Shown: positions 22,827-32,533, counted from the first letter of the stretch. The stretch: 36,633 nucleotides of DNA from Clostridia bacterium (GCA_030640665.1 DAOWIY010000015.1:1-36633); one strand, 5' to 3'. The notes: generated by a model from the sequence alone, not told the origin. Numbers and translations are program-made.

Positions 22827-23918
22827 TTGAAGATAGCTATAGTGTCTACTTACCCACCCATTAAATGTGGAATTGCCACCTACACCTCTTACCTGGTTAA
22901 AGAATTAAAGTCTCTCCAAAATGAAATCCATGTAGTTAGTCAATTCGGGGCTAAAGGCAGGCGGGTTTATGGGGTATTCAAGGCCGACGACCCAGACTTA
23001 GCCGAGAAAATATCTAAGACCATAGCAAAAATTAATCCTGAGGTGGTCCACATTCAACATGAATATGGCTTGTATGGGGGACGCAAGAAAGTGAACATAA
23101 TTTCTTTACTCCATAAGCTTAAGTCCTTTCATATTCCCCTGGTAATTACCTTGCACACAGTATATGAAGAGTTCAATAAGAAGGAAAAATTAATAATTAA
23201 GGAATTGACAAAACTAGCCGATGCCATAATTGTTCATCACCATTACCAGAAAGAAGCTATTCGCTCAGTGATAGGAAATGCAGACCAAATATATGTAATA
23301 CCTCATGGAATGAGAATAATTGAGCCTATTCCCAGGGCGAAAAAAAGATTGGGATTAGAAGGTAAGAAAGTGGTGCTTCTTTCTGGATATTTTAGAGCGA
23401 GCAAGGGTTTTGAGAAGATGGTTAATTTATTTCCCCGGATTGCGGAGGAGCTCCCTGAGGCAGTTCTGGTTATCGCAGGGGGAACAAGACTCCCAGAGTA
23501 TTCTGCTTACACAGATGAACTTCTTCACCTGATAAATGAATCTCCTGTTCGAGATAAGATAAGAGTCTTGCGAGACCCATTTCCTCAACCTACCTTTGAT
23601 GTGATTTTTTCTGCAGCAGATGTAGTCGCTTTCCCCTACCTGAAGTCTTCTCAAAGCGGCATTATGGCTCATTGTATCGGTTTTGGAAAGCCTGCGGTAA
23701 CCTCAAATTTAAGAACCTTCAGGGAATTGATGCAGGAAGCCAGAAATGGCCTAATAGCCTGGGATAACGAGGAACTAGCCTCAAAGACAATCAAGATCTT
23801 AAAAGATGACAAGCTTCGGAAAACTCTCTCTGAGAATGCTAAAAGATATGCTCGAGAAAAGGCCTCCTGGAAGATTGTGGCTGGAAAGGTTGTGGACCTA
23901 TATCATAGGGTGATGTAA
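22827..23918 (+). CDS. GT4-like glycosyltransferase of the STYPP-CGIATY subfamily
   Basis: TTG start with a GGAG RBS. N-terminus MKIAIVSTYPPIKCGIATYTSYL. The C-terminal Rossmann domain has SQSGIMAHCIGFGKPAVTS in place of the classical E-X7-E motif. 363 aa. Confidence 0.82.
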   Translation: MKIAIVSTYPPIKCGIATYTSYLVKELKSLQNEIHVVSQFGAKGRRVYGVFKADDPDLAEKISKTIAKINPEVVHIQHEYGLYGGRKKVNIISLLHKLKSFHIPLVITLHTVYEEFNKKEKLIIKELTKLADAIIVHHHYQKEAIRSVIGNADQIYVIPHGMRIIEPIPRAKKRLGLEGKKVVLLSGYFRASKGFEKMVNLFPRIAEELPEAVLVIAGGTRLPEYSAYTDELLHLINESPVRDKIRVLRDPFPQPTFDVIFSAADVVAFPYLKSSQSGIMAHCIGFGKPAVTSNLRTFRELMQEARNGLIAWDNEELASKTIKILKDDKLRKTLSENAKRYAREKASWKIVAGKVVDLYHRVM

Positions 23919-26710
23919 TTTCCCCACTCAATCTTTATTTCTAACTCCTTAGCCTGGTAATATGTTCCGAGGATAGGCTCTTTAAAAAAGGCGGGCTTAA
24001 ATCTTTCTTCTCTTACAGGATGAAAACCTGGACCTTCCAATATGAGAGCTAATAGGTTTTCTTCTTGTAACATTGTTTCTGGTATGTAAAAGATATTTTG
24101 CGGCCCTACCGACTCATATCGGCCCAGGGCCTGGCCGTTTAAATAAAGATGGCATCTTTCCTCTGCCTGAGGGATAACCAGCTTAAGTGGTGCAGTCCAC
24201 CCCTCTTTTTTCTTATACTTAAATCTTCGCCTAAACCAGACTAGATTACCCAGATTCTCATGGCAGACATACTTTTCACCTTCTTTTACCCTCATCCACT
24301 GCTTATCGTCGTATTCAGGCTTATGATAGCCTTCTCTTATCCCCCTTAAATCTTTTTTAATCTTAAATTCCCTTATCTCTTTTTTCCAGACTTTGCCATT
24401 AACCTTCCCTCTAAGCCTGATAGGCTTTTGAATTCCACTGTACTTCTTTATCGCCCCTTCATGGGGATGAGCCTTAGTATGATAGGCATTCTCGCAACCT
24501 ATAGCCAAGAGATTCTTGCCTGGCTTAAGATAGGAAGTAACCTCTAGCTCTTTTTCTCCTATTCCTCGCCAGACAAAAGCTCCATTTAAATAAAGATAAA
24601 CTCGGTCAAACCCTGTATTTATCCTCATTTTTACTTGGGATGCCCCCCTGGGAAGTAAAAATTCTGTTCTGTACCAGAAATAGCCATGTCCAAAGAGTCC
24701 GGCTTTTTCTAAAGAGATGGGCTCTTTTAAAATTAACCAGTCTCTGTCGTCATAGCCTACTTTTCTTTCCTCAGTGTCAGATTTGTATCTCCAGTAAGGC
24801 TGGCTCCATTTTATACTTACCACCTCCTCTTCCTCTATTCGGCAGTTAAACTCCAAACTTCTCTTAGTCTCCTGGTAATTAAATGGAATAGAGACTCCAT
24901 TAATTCTTATTTCTTTCGGTTTAGAAAAGGTGAATATTCTGGTTTTGGTCTCTTCTTTATTCCTCGCCTCACCTTTTAGAAGAATCTCTTTTTGGCCTTC
25001 TTTAATCTCTTTAATATAATAAAGATCCGTGAGCATGATAGAATCATTCAATAGCCAGACCCGACCAGCCCAATACGAATCAACGATTAATAATAAGATT
25101 TCCTCATCTATCTCTACAAGCTTGGTGCCCTCAGGTTGATAAAAAAGGCGAATCAAAGAGTTATCTTTTTTAACCTCTACTTTTCCCTCTAATACTTTTA
25201 CTTTAAGGTTTTTCCCTTTTAGCACCGCCTCACCCTGGATTCCAGCTTGAGTAGAGAGAATAACTATTTGTTTATCACCTATTTTTTTGGTAGTTAAAAG
25301 CTCTGAGGTAGTATGAGAAATGACAAGGCCAGTATGAGGTATAGCCACATCTAAGGGCATAAGAGCAGCAAAGTAGGGAGGTAGCTTTAGATAGCCCTCT
25401 TCGGGCAGTCTTCTTTTAATATTTTCCAGAGGAGAAGTGTAAGAAATAGCTACTTTTTTCACTGTGTCTTCCAGGTTACGAACCAGCAAAAGACCCCCTG
25501 AAGGGCTAAATCTTTCTAAAACTAAGACCTTCTCATAACTTCCAGCAAAGGAAGTAGCATCCCGTACCTTATTCTCCTCTAAAGTTCTTATCCTTTCTCC
25601 GCCGCTAATAAAAAAAGCTGCTTCTGGAATTATCTCTGTCTCGGTAATAAGCTCAGGAAAGCTTTTTAAAAATAGCCCCACTGTTCGAGCTAGATAATAT
25701 TTTTCATCCAATTCTCCCCACTCTCGAATAGGAGCACGGCCAAAGTCAAAGGTGGTAGTAGAACCTATTCCTCCAAAATCACCTTTACATCCCCAATAAG
25801 GAAAAGTAGTGCCCCCTGTAAACATATACATATTCAGTAAAGAAGCGCCCCGAATCAAGACACTCTTTAAAGCTGCATTAAGCAATTCCCAGGGTCCCTC
25901 ATAAAAGGGTTGAGCAAATTGAGCAAACCAACCAGTTCCTAGTTCTAAGACTAAGATAGGTTTATCTGGCTGCTCTTTCCTGGATTCTTCGATGAGCCGC
26001 TCAAAGTAATCAAACTCCCAGAGCCAGATCCAGGGAATATTGGGATAGAAAGTTCGGGTATCGATAATCTCTGTTCCTCGAATAAAACTTCCTTCATTGG
26101 TAAAAGTAGGAATATCTATACCGCACCTTCTAGTAATCTTTAATAAACACATTAAATACCTGAGAGCCTCTTTTTCAGAGAGCGCCAGATCACCCTCCTC
26201 TATTAAATGGTCGTATTCATTCTCTACCTGAAATAAAATTATGTTTCCCCCTCTGGTAATAAGATGAGGTTTTATTATCCTGGCTACTATCCTAAACCAT
26301 CTTTCTACTAAAGAAAGGTATTCATTATCGGGCAGGCGAAGTTTAATATCTCGAGCTAGGAGCCAGTCAGGAAATCCTCCAAAGTCCCACTCCGCACAGA
26401 TATAAGGTCCTGGTTTTAAGACTACATAAAGCCGGTGTTTTTGACAAAGTTTTAAAAAAAGGTCCAGGTCTCTTCCTTTATCCCAGAGATACTTTCCTTC
26501 TTCAGGCTCATGCCAGTTCCAGGGAATATAAGTGCTAATAAAATTACAGCCGGCTTGTTTCATCTTAATTAGCCGATCTTCCCATAACTGGTAGGGAATA
26601 CGAAAATAATGGATCTCTCCTCCGTAGAGAATAACTCTTTTTCCATGGATTTTCATGCTTTTAGCATCGTAGTCAATTATCTCTTTAACCGATTTTTTCC
26701 CACTTGCCAT
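23903..26710 (-). CDS. GH35 beta-galactosidase-like enzyme with C-terminal beta-sandwich domains, cytoplasmic
   Basis: GGEIHYFRIP, YIPWNWHEPEEGKY, KPGPYICAEWDFGGFPDWL, acid/base QVENEY, nucleophile region LVLELGTGWF, and a later GYFWYRTEF. No signal peptide. 935 aa. Confidence 0.88.
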   Translation of the reverse strand: MASGKKSVKEIIDYDAKSMKIHGKRVILYGGEIHYFRIPYQLWEDRLIKMKQAGCNFISTYIPWNWHEPEEGKYLWDKGRDLDLFLKLCQKHRLYVVLKPGPYICAEWDFGGFPDWLLARDIKLRLPDNEYLSLVERWFRIVARIIKPHLITRGGNIILFQVENEYDHLIEEGDLALSEKEALRYLMCLLKITRRCGIDIPTFTNEGSFIRGTEIIDTRTFYPNIPWIWLWEFDYFERLIEESRKEQPDKPILVLELGTGWFAQFAQPFYEGPWELLNAALKSVLIRGASLLNMYMFTGGTTFPYWGCKGDFGGIGSTTTFDFGRAPIREWGELDEKYYLARTVGLFLKSFPELITETEIIPEAAFFISGGERIRTLEENKVRDATSFAGSYEKVLVLERFSPSGGLLLVRNLEDTVKKVAISYTSPLENIKRRLPEEGYLKLPPYFAALMPLDVAIPHTGLVISHTTSELLTTKKIGDKQIVILSTQAGIQGEAVLKGKNLKVKVLEGKVEVKKDNSLIRLFYQPEGTKLVEIDEEILLLIVDSYWAGRVWLLNDSIMLTDLYYIKEIKEGQKEILLKGEARNKEETKTRIFTFSKPKEIRINGVSIPFNYQETKRSLEFNCRIEEEEVVSIKWSQPYWRYKSDTEERKVGYDDRDWLILKEPISLEKAGLFGHGYFWYRTEFLLPRGASQVKMRINTGFDRVYLYLNGAFVWRGIGEKELEVTSYLKPGKNLLAIGCENAYHTKAHPHEGAIKKYSGIQKPIRLRGKVNGKVWKKEIREFKIKKDLRGIREGYHKPEYDDKQWMRVKEGEKYVCHENLGNLVWFRRRFKYKKKEGWTAPLKLVIPQAEERCHLYLNGQALGRYESVGPQNIFYIPETMLQEENLLALILEGPGFHPVREERFKPAFFKEPILGTYYQAKELEIKIEWGNYITL

Positions 26711-26725
26711 TTCTCTTTTCCTTTC

Positions 26726-29080
26726 CTATCCCATAATTACCTGAACATTATGTGTCTTTCCATCGCCAAATGGTTTGATAATAGAACCCTCTATCTCCTT
26801 TCTGTCTACTATCAGCTTCTTTACTCCTTTTTCTACTCCTTTTGGATTCTTAATAAGAATGTTATATACATCTCCACGGAAGGCTCTTTTTATCCTACAT
26901 TTATGCCAGGAGCGGGGTAGACAGGGATCAATTCTCAATCCCTCAAACTCTCGCCGAGCGCCCAGAATCCACTCCGTAGCTGCCAGATACATCCAGGCTG
27001 CAGTCCCCGTAATCCAGGTGAAGGCTCCCTCTCCAAAAAGATAAGGATGATCTGGGCCAACTAAATATTCGGCAAAGACATAGGGCTCTGCTTTATAAAC
27101 CTCATAATTTGGCTGTTTCATAGGATGAATCTTAGAGTAAGACTGATAAGCCTTATCTCCTCGGCCGGCCATACAGTCAGCGACGATCTTAAAGGCCACC
27201 GCATGGCAGAAAATAGCAGCATTCTCCTTGATGCCTCGAGCAAACTTAGTAATTCGACCCAGACTGATATCCACCGTAATATAAGCAGGATGAAGCAAGA
27301 CCGGGCCATGTCTGGTATCACAATGTTTATCTATGGCCGCCAGGACTTTTTTCTCTCTTTCTCCCTCGCTTACCCTGGCTAAAATGGACCAGGTCTGGGG
27401 GTTGAGGTGAATCCTGCCTTCTCTGCATTCGGAGGCTCCGAATTTTTCTCCCTCATCATTATATCCTGCCAGATACCAGCCTTTATCCCATCCCAGTGGA
27501 CTGTTTAGAATTTCTTTCATCTGGCTGGCTTTATCTAAAAGCTCTTCTTCTACCTCTTTTTTGTTCAATAAGTGTGCTAACTGGGCAGCATAGAGGAGGC
27601 TTCGGTGAAAGGCTATTCCCAGCCATACACTTTCCCCCTTGCCCTTCCTGCCAGCCATATCAATGGCATCATTCCAATCGGCAATTCCAATTAAAGGAAC
27701 TTTATGTCTCCCTCGGTTTTTCCAGAGGTAACTCAAGTTAGCCAGAGTATGCTCAAAAATAGTTCCCTCTCCTCCATCCAGCCACCTAATCTTTTCGCGT
27801 AAAAAATCTATATCCCCTGTTTCCTTAACATAGCTGACTAAGGTATAAGTAAACCAAACGGGATGATCTGCCCGTGGACTGTCGGTAAAAGGACCATAGT
27901 CATCTGACCACCCACTAGCACAGTGCCCATCCTTAAAGTGCATTGTAGCCAGGGTTCTCAGTTTGTTCTTTGTATAGGCCGCATCAAGAGAAAGGATGCC
28001 TTCAGCATCCTGGCAGGAATCCCGATATCCCCGCCCACCAGTTCCTTCATGATAATAGGAAGGAGAACGACTCCAGGTATTAGCCGTATATAGTTGATAT
28101 TTACTCCAGATATTGACCATTCGGTCAAAATCTGGGTCTGGAGTCTCCACAACTACTTTTTCCATCAAAGCTTGCCAGAAGTGATTAATTTTCTTTAAGG
28201 CTTTCTTAACCTCATTTGGGTCTCTATATTTTTTAAGCAGCCGCGCCGCTTCTCTTTTTTCTTTTGCCAGACCCATAATAATGGTAAAACTAATCTCTTC
28301 CTCGGGTTTAAGCTTAAAATTATGCTCTAAAGAACTGACCATATTTTCACCATAGGCCTTACTATTAGTACATCTTCCCTTTACCAGGACTTCTGGGCGA
28401 TTGGCTCTCTCGTATCTACCCCAGAAAGCCTCTTTGCGGCAATCATACCCCCTTACCGGGGCACTTGAACCAAAAAACCCTATATAAGGGAAAGCTCGCT
28501 CCCAACCCCATGTATGCTTCTGGGCTATAATAGCCTCTAGCTCCGTATCAAAGTCAGCTTCATTATACAAAGCAAATATATTTTTAAATAATAGCTCTAG
28601 CTGAAAATCTCCTAAAATCTGATTAACATAGGAGAAAACGCTAATATTTCTCTCTTTAGTATCCTCATTCTTGATACTTACCTGCCAGAGCTCGCATGGC
28701 TCATCTCGGGGAACAAGGTAGGTTATCTTCCCTCTTATCTTTGCCACCCTGGATTTAATCACGGTATATCCTTGCCCATGGCGGCACTGAAAATCCTGTT
28801 TCTCCGGGCAGATAGGCTGCCAGTTTAAAGACCAGTATCGGCCACTATCATTATCTCGAAGAAAGATATAACGCCCTGGCCGATCAGTATATAGGTTCTC
28901 CGGATTCCAGGTAGTAAGGCGGGTAGTGCGGCAGTCCTTAAAGAAACTATATCCTCCACCCGTATGGGAGATGACTGCACAATACTCGCTGTTGTAAAGG
29001 TAATTTATCCAGGGCCGAGGCAGATTAGGGTCAGTTATGATATACTCTCTTCCATCAGAGCTAAAGTGTCCATAGGTCAT
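26726..29080 (-). CDS. GH94 disaccharide phosphorylase (cellobiose/chitobiose-phosphorylase-like)
   Basis: N-terminus MTYGHFSSDGREYIITDP..PRPWINYL, then ISHTGGGYSF, GRYIFLRD, CRHGQGYT, RMVNIWSKYQ, GGRGYRDSCQD, PLIGIADWNDA (catalytic Asp), KENAAIFCH and WITGTAAW. It aligns by eye with Cellvibrio gilvus CBP. 784 aa. Confidence 0.9.
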   Translation of the reverse strand: MTYGHFSSDGREYIITDPNLPRPWINYLYNSEYCAVISHTGGGYSFFKDCRTTRLTTWNPENLYTDRPGRYIFLRDNDSGRYWSLNWQPICPEKQDFQCRHGQGYTVIKSRVAKIRGKITYLVPRDEPCELWQVSIKNEDTKERNISVFSYVNQILGDFQLELLFKNIFALYNEADFDTELEAIIAQKHTWGWERAFPYIGFFGSSAPVRGYDCRKEAFWGRYERANRPEVLVKGRCTNSKAYGENMVSSLEHNFKLKPEEEISFTIIMGLAKEKREAARLLKKYRDPNEVKKALKKINHFWQALMEKVVVETPDPDFDRMVNIWSKYQLYTANTWSRSPSYYHEGTGGRGYRDSCQDAEGILSLDAAYTKNKLRTLATMHFKDGHCASGWSDDYGPFTDSPRADHPVWFTYTLVSYVKETGDIDFLREKIRWLDGGEGTIFEHTLANLSYLWKNRGRHKVPLIGIADWNDAIDMAGRKGKGESVWLGIAFHRSLLYAAQLAHLLNKKEVEEELLDKASQMKEILNSPLGWDKGWYLAGYNDEGEKFGASECREGRIHLNPQTWSILARVSEGEREKKVLAAIDKHCDTRHGPVLLHPAYITVDISLGRITKFARGIKENAAIFCHAVAFKIVADCMAGRGDKAYQSYSKIHPMKQPNYEVYKAEPYVFAEYLVGPDHPYLFGEGAFTWITGTAAWMYLAATEWILGARREFEGLRIDPCLPRSWHKCRIKRAFRGDVYNILIKNPKGVEKGVKKLIVDRKEIEGSIIKPFGDGKTHNVQVIMG

Positions 29081-29098
29081 TTTCTTTATCCTCCTTTC

Positions 29099-29126
29099 TA
29101 GCTAGCGTATAGCGTTTAGCGGATAG
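29099..29126 (+). repeat. Heptad TAG array (TAG at 29103, 29110, 29117, 29124, plus 29099) in the GH35-like/GH94 intergenic gap, antisense to the operon
   Basis: The plus strand reads TAGCTAGCGTATAGCGTTTAGCGGATAG. It contains the 10-mer AGCGTATAGC also found at the araB/araD junction. Confidence 0.7.
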
Positions 29127-29134
29127 TAAAGTTG

Positions 29135-31630
29135 TTACCATCCAATGAGAACATAAGGATTAAGCTCCTGGTGAGGCGAATACTTAAACTCCAGCTCTGT
29201 ATCTGAAAGATACCTCCCCACACTTTTTCCATCGCCCCTCCTAACCAAGATATTTGGCTGAAGTGTGGAGCTCTGAAGTCTTACTTTTCCATCCCTGTCT
29301 CCGACAATAAGGTACTTTTCCTTATCAGTTTTAGCAAAGATAAATTCATCCATATTTTCTGCGGTAATACTTGAAGAGTTTGTACGAAGGATACAACTGC
29401 CATTTCCCTGAAGAGCAGCAGATACTATATGTCCCTTCTTTATTTCAATTATTGAATTCCCCTTGCTTCTTACTGATACCCATAGTTTCCTGGTTCTTCC
29501 AAGTTCATCCAGATAGTTTATCTCAACTACCCTGTTATCTTCAGAGAGGTTAGTCACAAAAAGAAATGTCTCGTTTTTACTTGTACGCCTGAAAACGTTT
29601 ATCTTTGAGTTCTCTTCAGATATCCAGCAACAATATGGAACGATGTTGAACTTTTCAAAGAGACTCTTAAAGAGCTTGTAATTATCCTCAGACCTCAGAT
29701 AGTAGTTAAAGCCAACCAAAATAATTTGGCCCCTCCCATATGCGAGCTGTAAGATATATGGGCCATCTCTATCCTGAGCTAGCACTCTGGAATTCTTACT
29801 ACTGGCAAAGTAATTCAAGTGTCCTGCTATTTTTAATTCCTCATCATTCCATCTTATAGAGATTGGCCGATTCACCTCTTTTTCCTTTATAATTTCTGTA
29901 CATCTTGTTAAGATAGGAAAGTCTTTGAGAGGGGACATATCTATATCTAATGAGGGGAACTCCGGCCCCATAAGAAGTATCCCTCCATTGTTTGCATAAT
30001 CAAGAAGTTTAACCAATGTTGTTCTATCCATATATTTATAGGATTGGATAAGAAGTATTCGATATTGCTGAAGATCCTCGAGTATTGCGTGGTTCAGGTT
30101 AACTACTGTAAAACTGACATTATGATTAGAAAATGTTTTTATGATATAAAACAAACTTTTATTTTCATCTATCTCCTCTTTGAAAACTTCCTTAAAAGCT
30201 GATATTGGCTCATTTGTCCAGAATGTGTAGGCTCTTGGATAGTTGTATGGAGGGTAGTAGCCAACAGCGATTTCGGCACTCTTGCAAGATTGTGAAAACC
30301 TCAAATCGATAGCTTTAAGGAATGTCATTAGTCTTTTTAAATAATAGTAAGCATCGGATGGTATGCCATTGACATCTATGGGGGCACTTCCCGGATAGGG
30401 CTCAGGATTATTGGAATATCTTGCCCCATTCAGAGTGCCAGCATTAGCTGCATCAACGATGGGATACACATTGAACCCCGAAAGCTCGTGAAGCAGACAT
30501 CTGGCAAGAAAATCATACTTCTGGCCACTCTCCCATCCCCAATTCATCTCAGGAACATAAGAGTAACCATTGTTCACGGAATTCGCTATAAGGATGCGCT
30601 GGAGGGCGTAAAAATACGACTGTTCATCATCCATGGGATTGGAGGGAAGCCAATAATTTGGGCCGATATACATTGCCCTTTTCATCTCATCATAATTAAC
30701 AGGCGATTCATCATCTAATATGACAATATCGTGATAAAAGGGTAAAGTCACACCGCTATCTCTTAAAATCGATGAATATGTTTTGAGGACTTCTACTGTG
30801 TAAAATGACTTGAACTGTGCCCAATCCTGGTAGGTTAACCACGTTTTTGCACCTGAAAGAGACCATTTTGGACATCTAGCAGGAGGGTTTATATCCTTGA
30901 AATCCGTGATTTGTGGAATGTGTTTTAAATTATACTCGGCGATGTAGTGATATTTCTCTTTTAACCATTTTCTGTAAAGCGAAACAGTGGATACGGAATA
31001 TCCCCAGGAAAATGGGCTTGCAAGCTCAATTGTACTGTATGGAATCTCATTTTCTATCTGCACTGCTATCATTGGACCATTTGGGTACTGGTTGGGAACT
31101 ATAACTGTTTCAGACAACATATCATACCAGTTTTTAACCTGCAAGACATAATCCGGGTTTAAATATGCAGGCAAGGGCAGCCCATCTTGTCTGAATCCAA
31201 CTATATCTCCACTTGAGGACCTCATAACTATATCGGGATATAGAGATGTGACCCAATCTGGAATTCCGCCATGGCGTACTTCTGCACATATAAATGGCCC
31301 TGGCTTGACTATGGCATACATTTCCCTCTTTCTTAGCAATGAGAGGAAAAGAGTTAGATTATTCTGTGGCCTCGTTCTCCCATCAAAATCGAGTTTCCCA
31401 GATAGAGGTTCATGGATATTCCAGGGAATGTAGAAAGTTAGAATATTTATCCCAACTGCCTTTACCATATCTAATCTTTCAGGCCAGTCTTCTGGGCGGA
31501 GTCTGTAGTAAGGAAACTCTGCAGTGACAAGGAAACGAGCTTCTCCCTGAACTTTGATTTTGTTCTGAAAACCCAAAAAACTTCGCTCAACTCCAGAGAA
31601 AGCCTGGCATGATAATTTTACCACCTTCAA
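29135..31630 (-). CDS. Divergent GH35-like glycoside hydrolase, cytoplasmic
   Basis: TTG start 7 nt after AAGGAG. TAEFPYYRLRPEDW, FYIPWNIHEP, KPGPFICAEVRHGGIPDW, acid/base candidate VQIENE and nucleophile candidate VPEMNWGW. 831 aa. It is only distantly similar to the 935-aa paralog. Confidence 0.78.
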   Translation of the reverse strand: MKVVKLSCQAFSGVERSFLGFQNKIKVQGEARFLVTAEFPYYRLRPEDWPERLDMVKAVGINILTFYIPWNIHEPLSGKLDFDGRTRPQNNLTLFLSLLRKREMYAIVKPGPFICAEVRHGGIPDWVTSLYPDIVMRSSSGDIVGFRQDGLPLPAYLNPDYVLQVKNWYDMLSETVIVPNQYPNGPMIAVQIENEIPYSTIELASPFSWGYSVSTVSLYRKWLKEKYHYIAEYNLKHIPQITDFKDINPPARCPKWSLSGAKTWLTYQDWAQFKSFYTVEVLKTYSSILRDSGVTLPFYHDIVILDDESPVNYDEMKRAMYIGPNYWLPSNPMDDEQSYFYALQRILIANSVNNGYSYVPEMNWGWESGQKYDFLARCLLHELSGFNVYPIVDAANAGTLNGARYSNNPEPYPGSAPIDVNGIPSDAYYYLKRLMTFLKAIDLRFSQSCKSAEIAVGYYPPYNYPRAYTFWTNEPISAFKEVFKEEIDENKSLFYIIKTFSNHNVSFTVVNLNHAILEDLQQYRILLIQSYKYMDRTTLVKLLDYANNGGILLMGPEFPSLDIDMSPLKDFPILTRCTEIIKEKEVNRPISIRWNDEELKIAGHLNYFASSKNSRVLAQDRDGPYILQLAYGRGQIILVGFNYYLRSEDNYKLFKSLFEKFNIVPYCCWISEENSKINVFRRTSKNETFLFVTNLSEDNRVVEINYLDELGRTRKLWVSVRSKGNSIIEIKKGHIVSAALQGNGSCILRTNSSSITAENMDEFIFAKTDKEKYLIVGDRDGKVRLQSSTLQPNILVRRGDGKSVGRYLSDTELEFKYSPHQELNPYVLIGW

Positions 31631-31666
31631 TGTGAATCTCCTTAATCTGGTTACCCATAAATCCCC

Positions 31667-32524
31667 CTACATCTTCAATCCAGTCAAAGCAATGCCTTTT
31701 AAAATATGCTTCTGGAAAATTAGAAAGACAATAAGTATGGGTATAGTGGCAATGGCTGCGCCTGCCATCGTCAAGTGCGGTTTGTGAGATTGGCCGCTGG
31801 TCAGCAATGCCAAAGCAAGAGGCAAGGTGTAGCGTGATGGGGTATTAATAATCACCAGAGGCCAGATTAGGTCATTCCAGTGCCAGATAAAGCTGGTTAT
31901 GGTGACAACAGCCAGAACAGGCCGAGATAAAGGTAGAATTATTTGGATAAAAATACGTAAACGACTTGCACCATCTATCATTGCCGCTTCCTCCAACTCA
32001 CGAGGCAAAGTAAGAAAAAACTGACGAAGTAAAAATACATCGAAGACCGATACGGACATGGGTATGATGAGTCCCCACAGCGAATTATATAGTCCTAAAA
32101 CTTTAGTTATATACACACGGGGTATCAGCAGAGCAATACCCGGAACCATCATCGAACTTAGAAGCAGAAGGAAAAGCTTGTCTCGACCGGGAAAGGGGAT
32201 TCGTGCAAAAGCATAACCCCCAAGCGCATCGAAGAAAAGCTTTAGAGGAATAACAATCCCCACCACAATGAGACTGTTAAAAAACGCTATAGCAAAACCT
32301 TTCTTCACGAGCACATAGTGGTAGTTTTCCAATGTCACATAGATATTTCCCGTCTTCTGATTAATTGGAAAGAGAGTCGGAATAGGTGTAAAAACATCTG
32401 GGCCATTTTTTAACGACGTTGAAATCATCCACACAAAAGGTGAGACCATAAGGATCGCTATTATCAAGAGCGCTATATAAAGCACCAGTCGTTTACAAAG
32501 CCAATATTTTGATAATCTAACCAT
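31667..32524 (-). CDS. Sugar ABC transporter permease (MalG/UgpE-like)
   Basis: Multi-TM protein with the EAA loop LEEAAMIDGASRLRIFIQIILPLSRPVL. Confidence 0.9.
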   Translation of the reverse strand: MVRLSKYWLCKRLVLYIALLIIAILMVSPFVWMISTSLKNGPDVFTPIPTLFPINQKTGNIYVTLENYHYVLVKKGFAIAFFNSLIVVGIVIPLKLFFDALGGYAFARIPFPGRDKLFLLLLSSMMVPGIALLIPRVYITKVLGLYNSLWGLIIPMSVSVFDVFLLRQFFLTLPRELEEAAMIDGASRLRIFIQIILPLSRPVLAVVTITSFIWHWNDLIWPLVIINTPSRYTLPLALALLTSGQSHKPHLTMAGAAIATIPILIVFLIFQKHILKGIALTGLKM

Positions 32525-32533
32525 GGAAACTTC

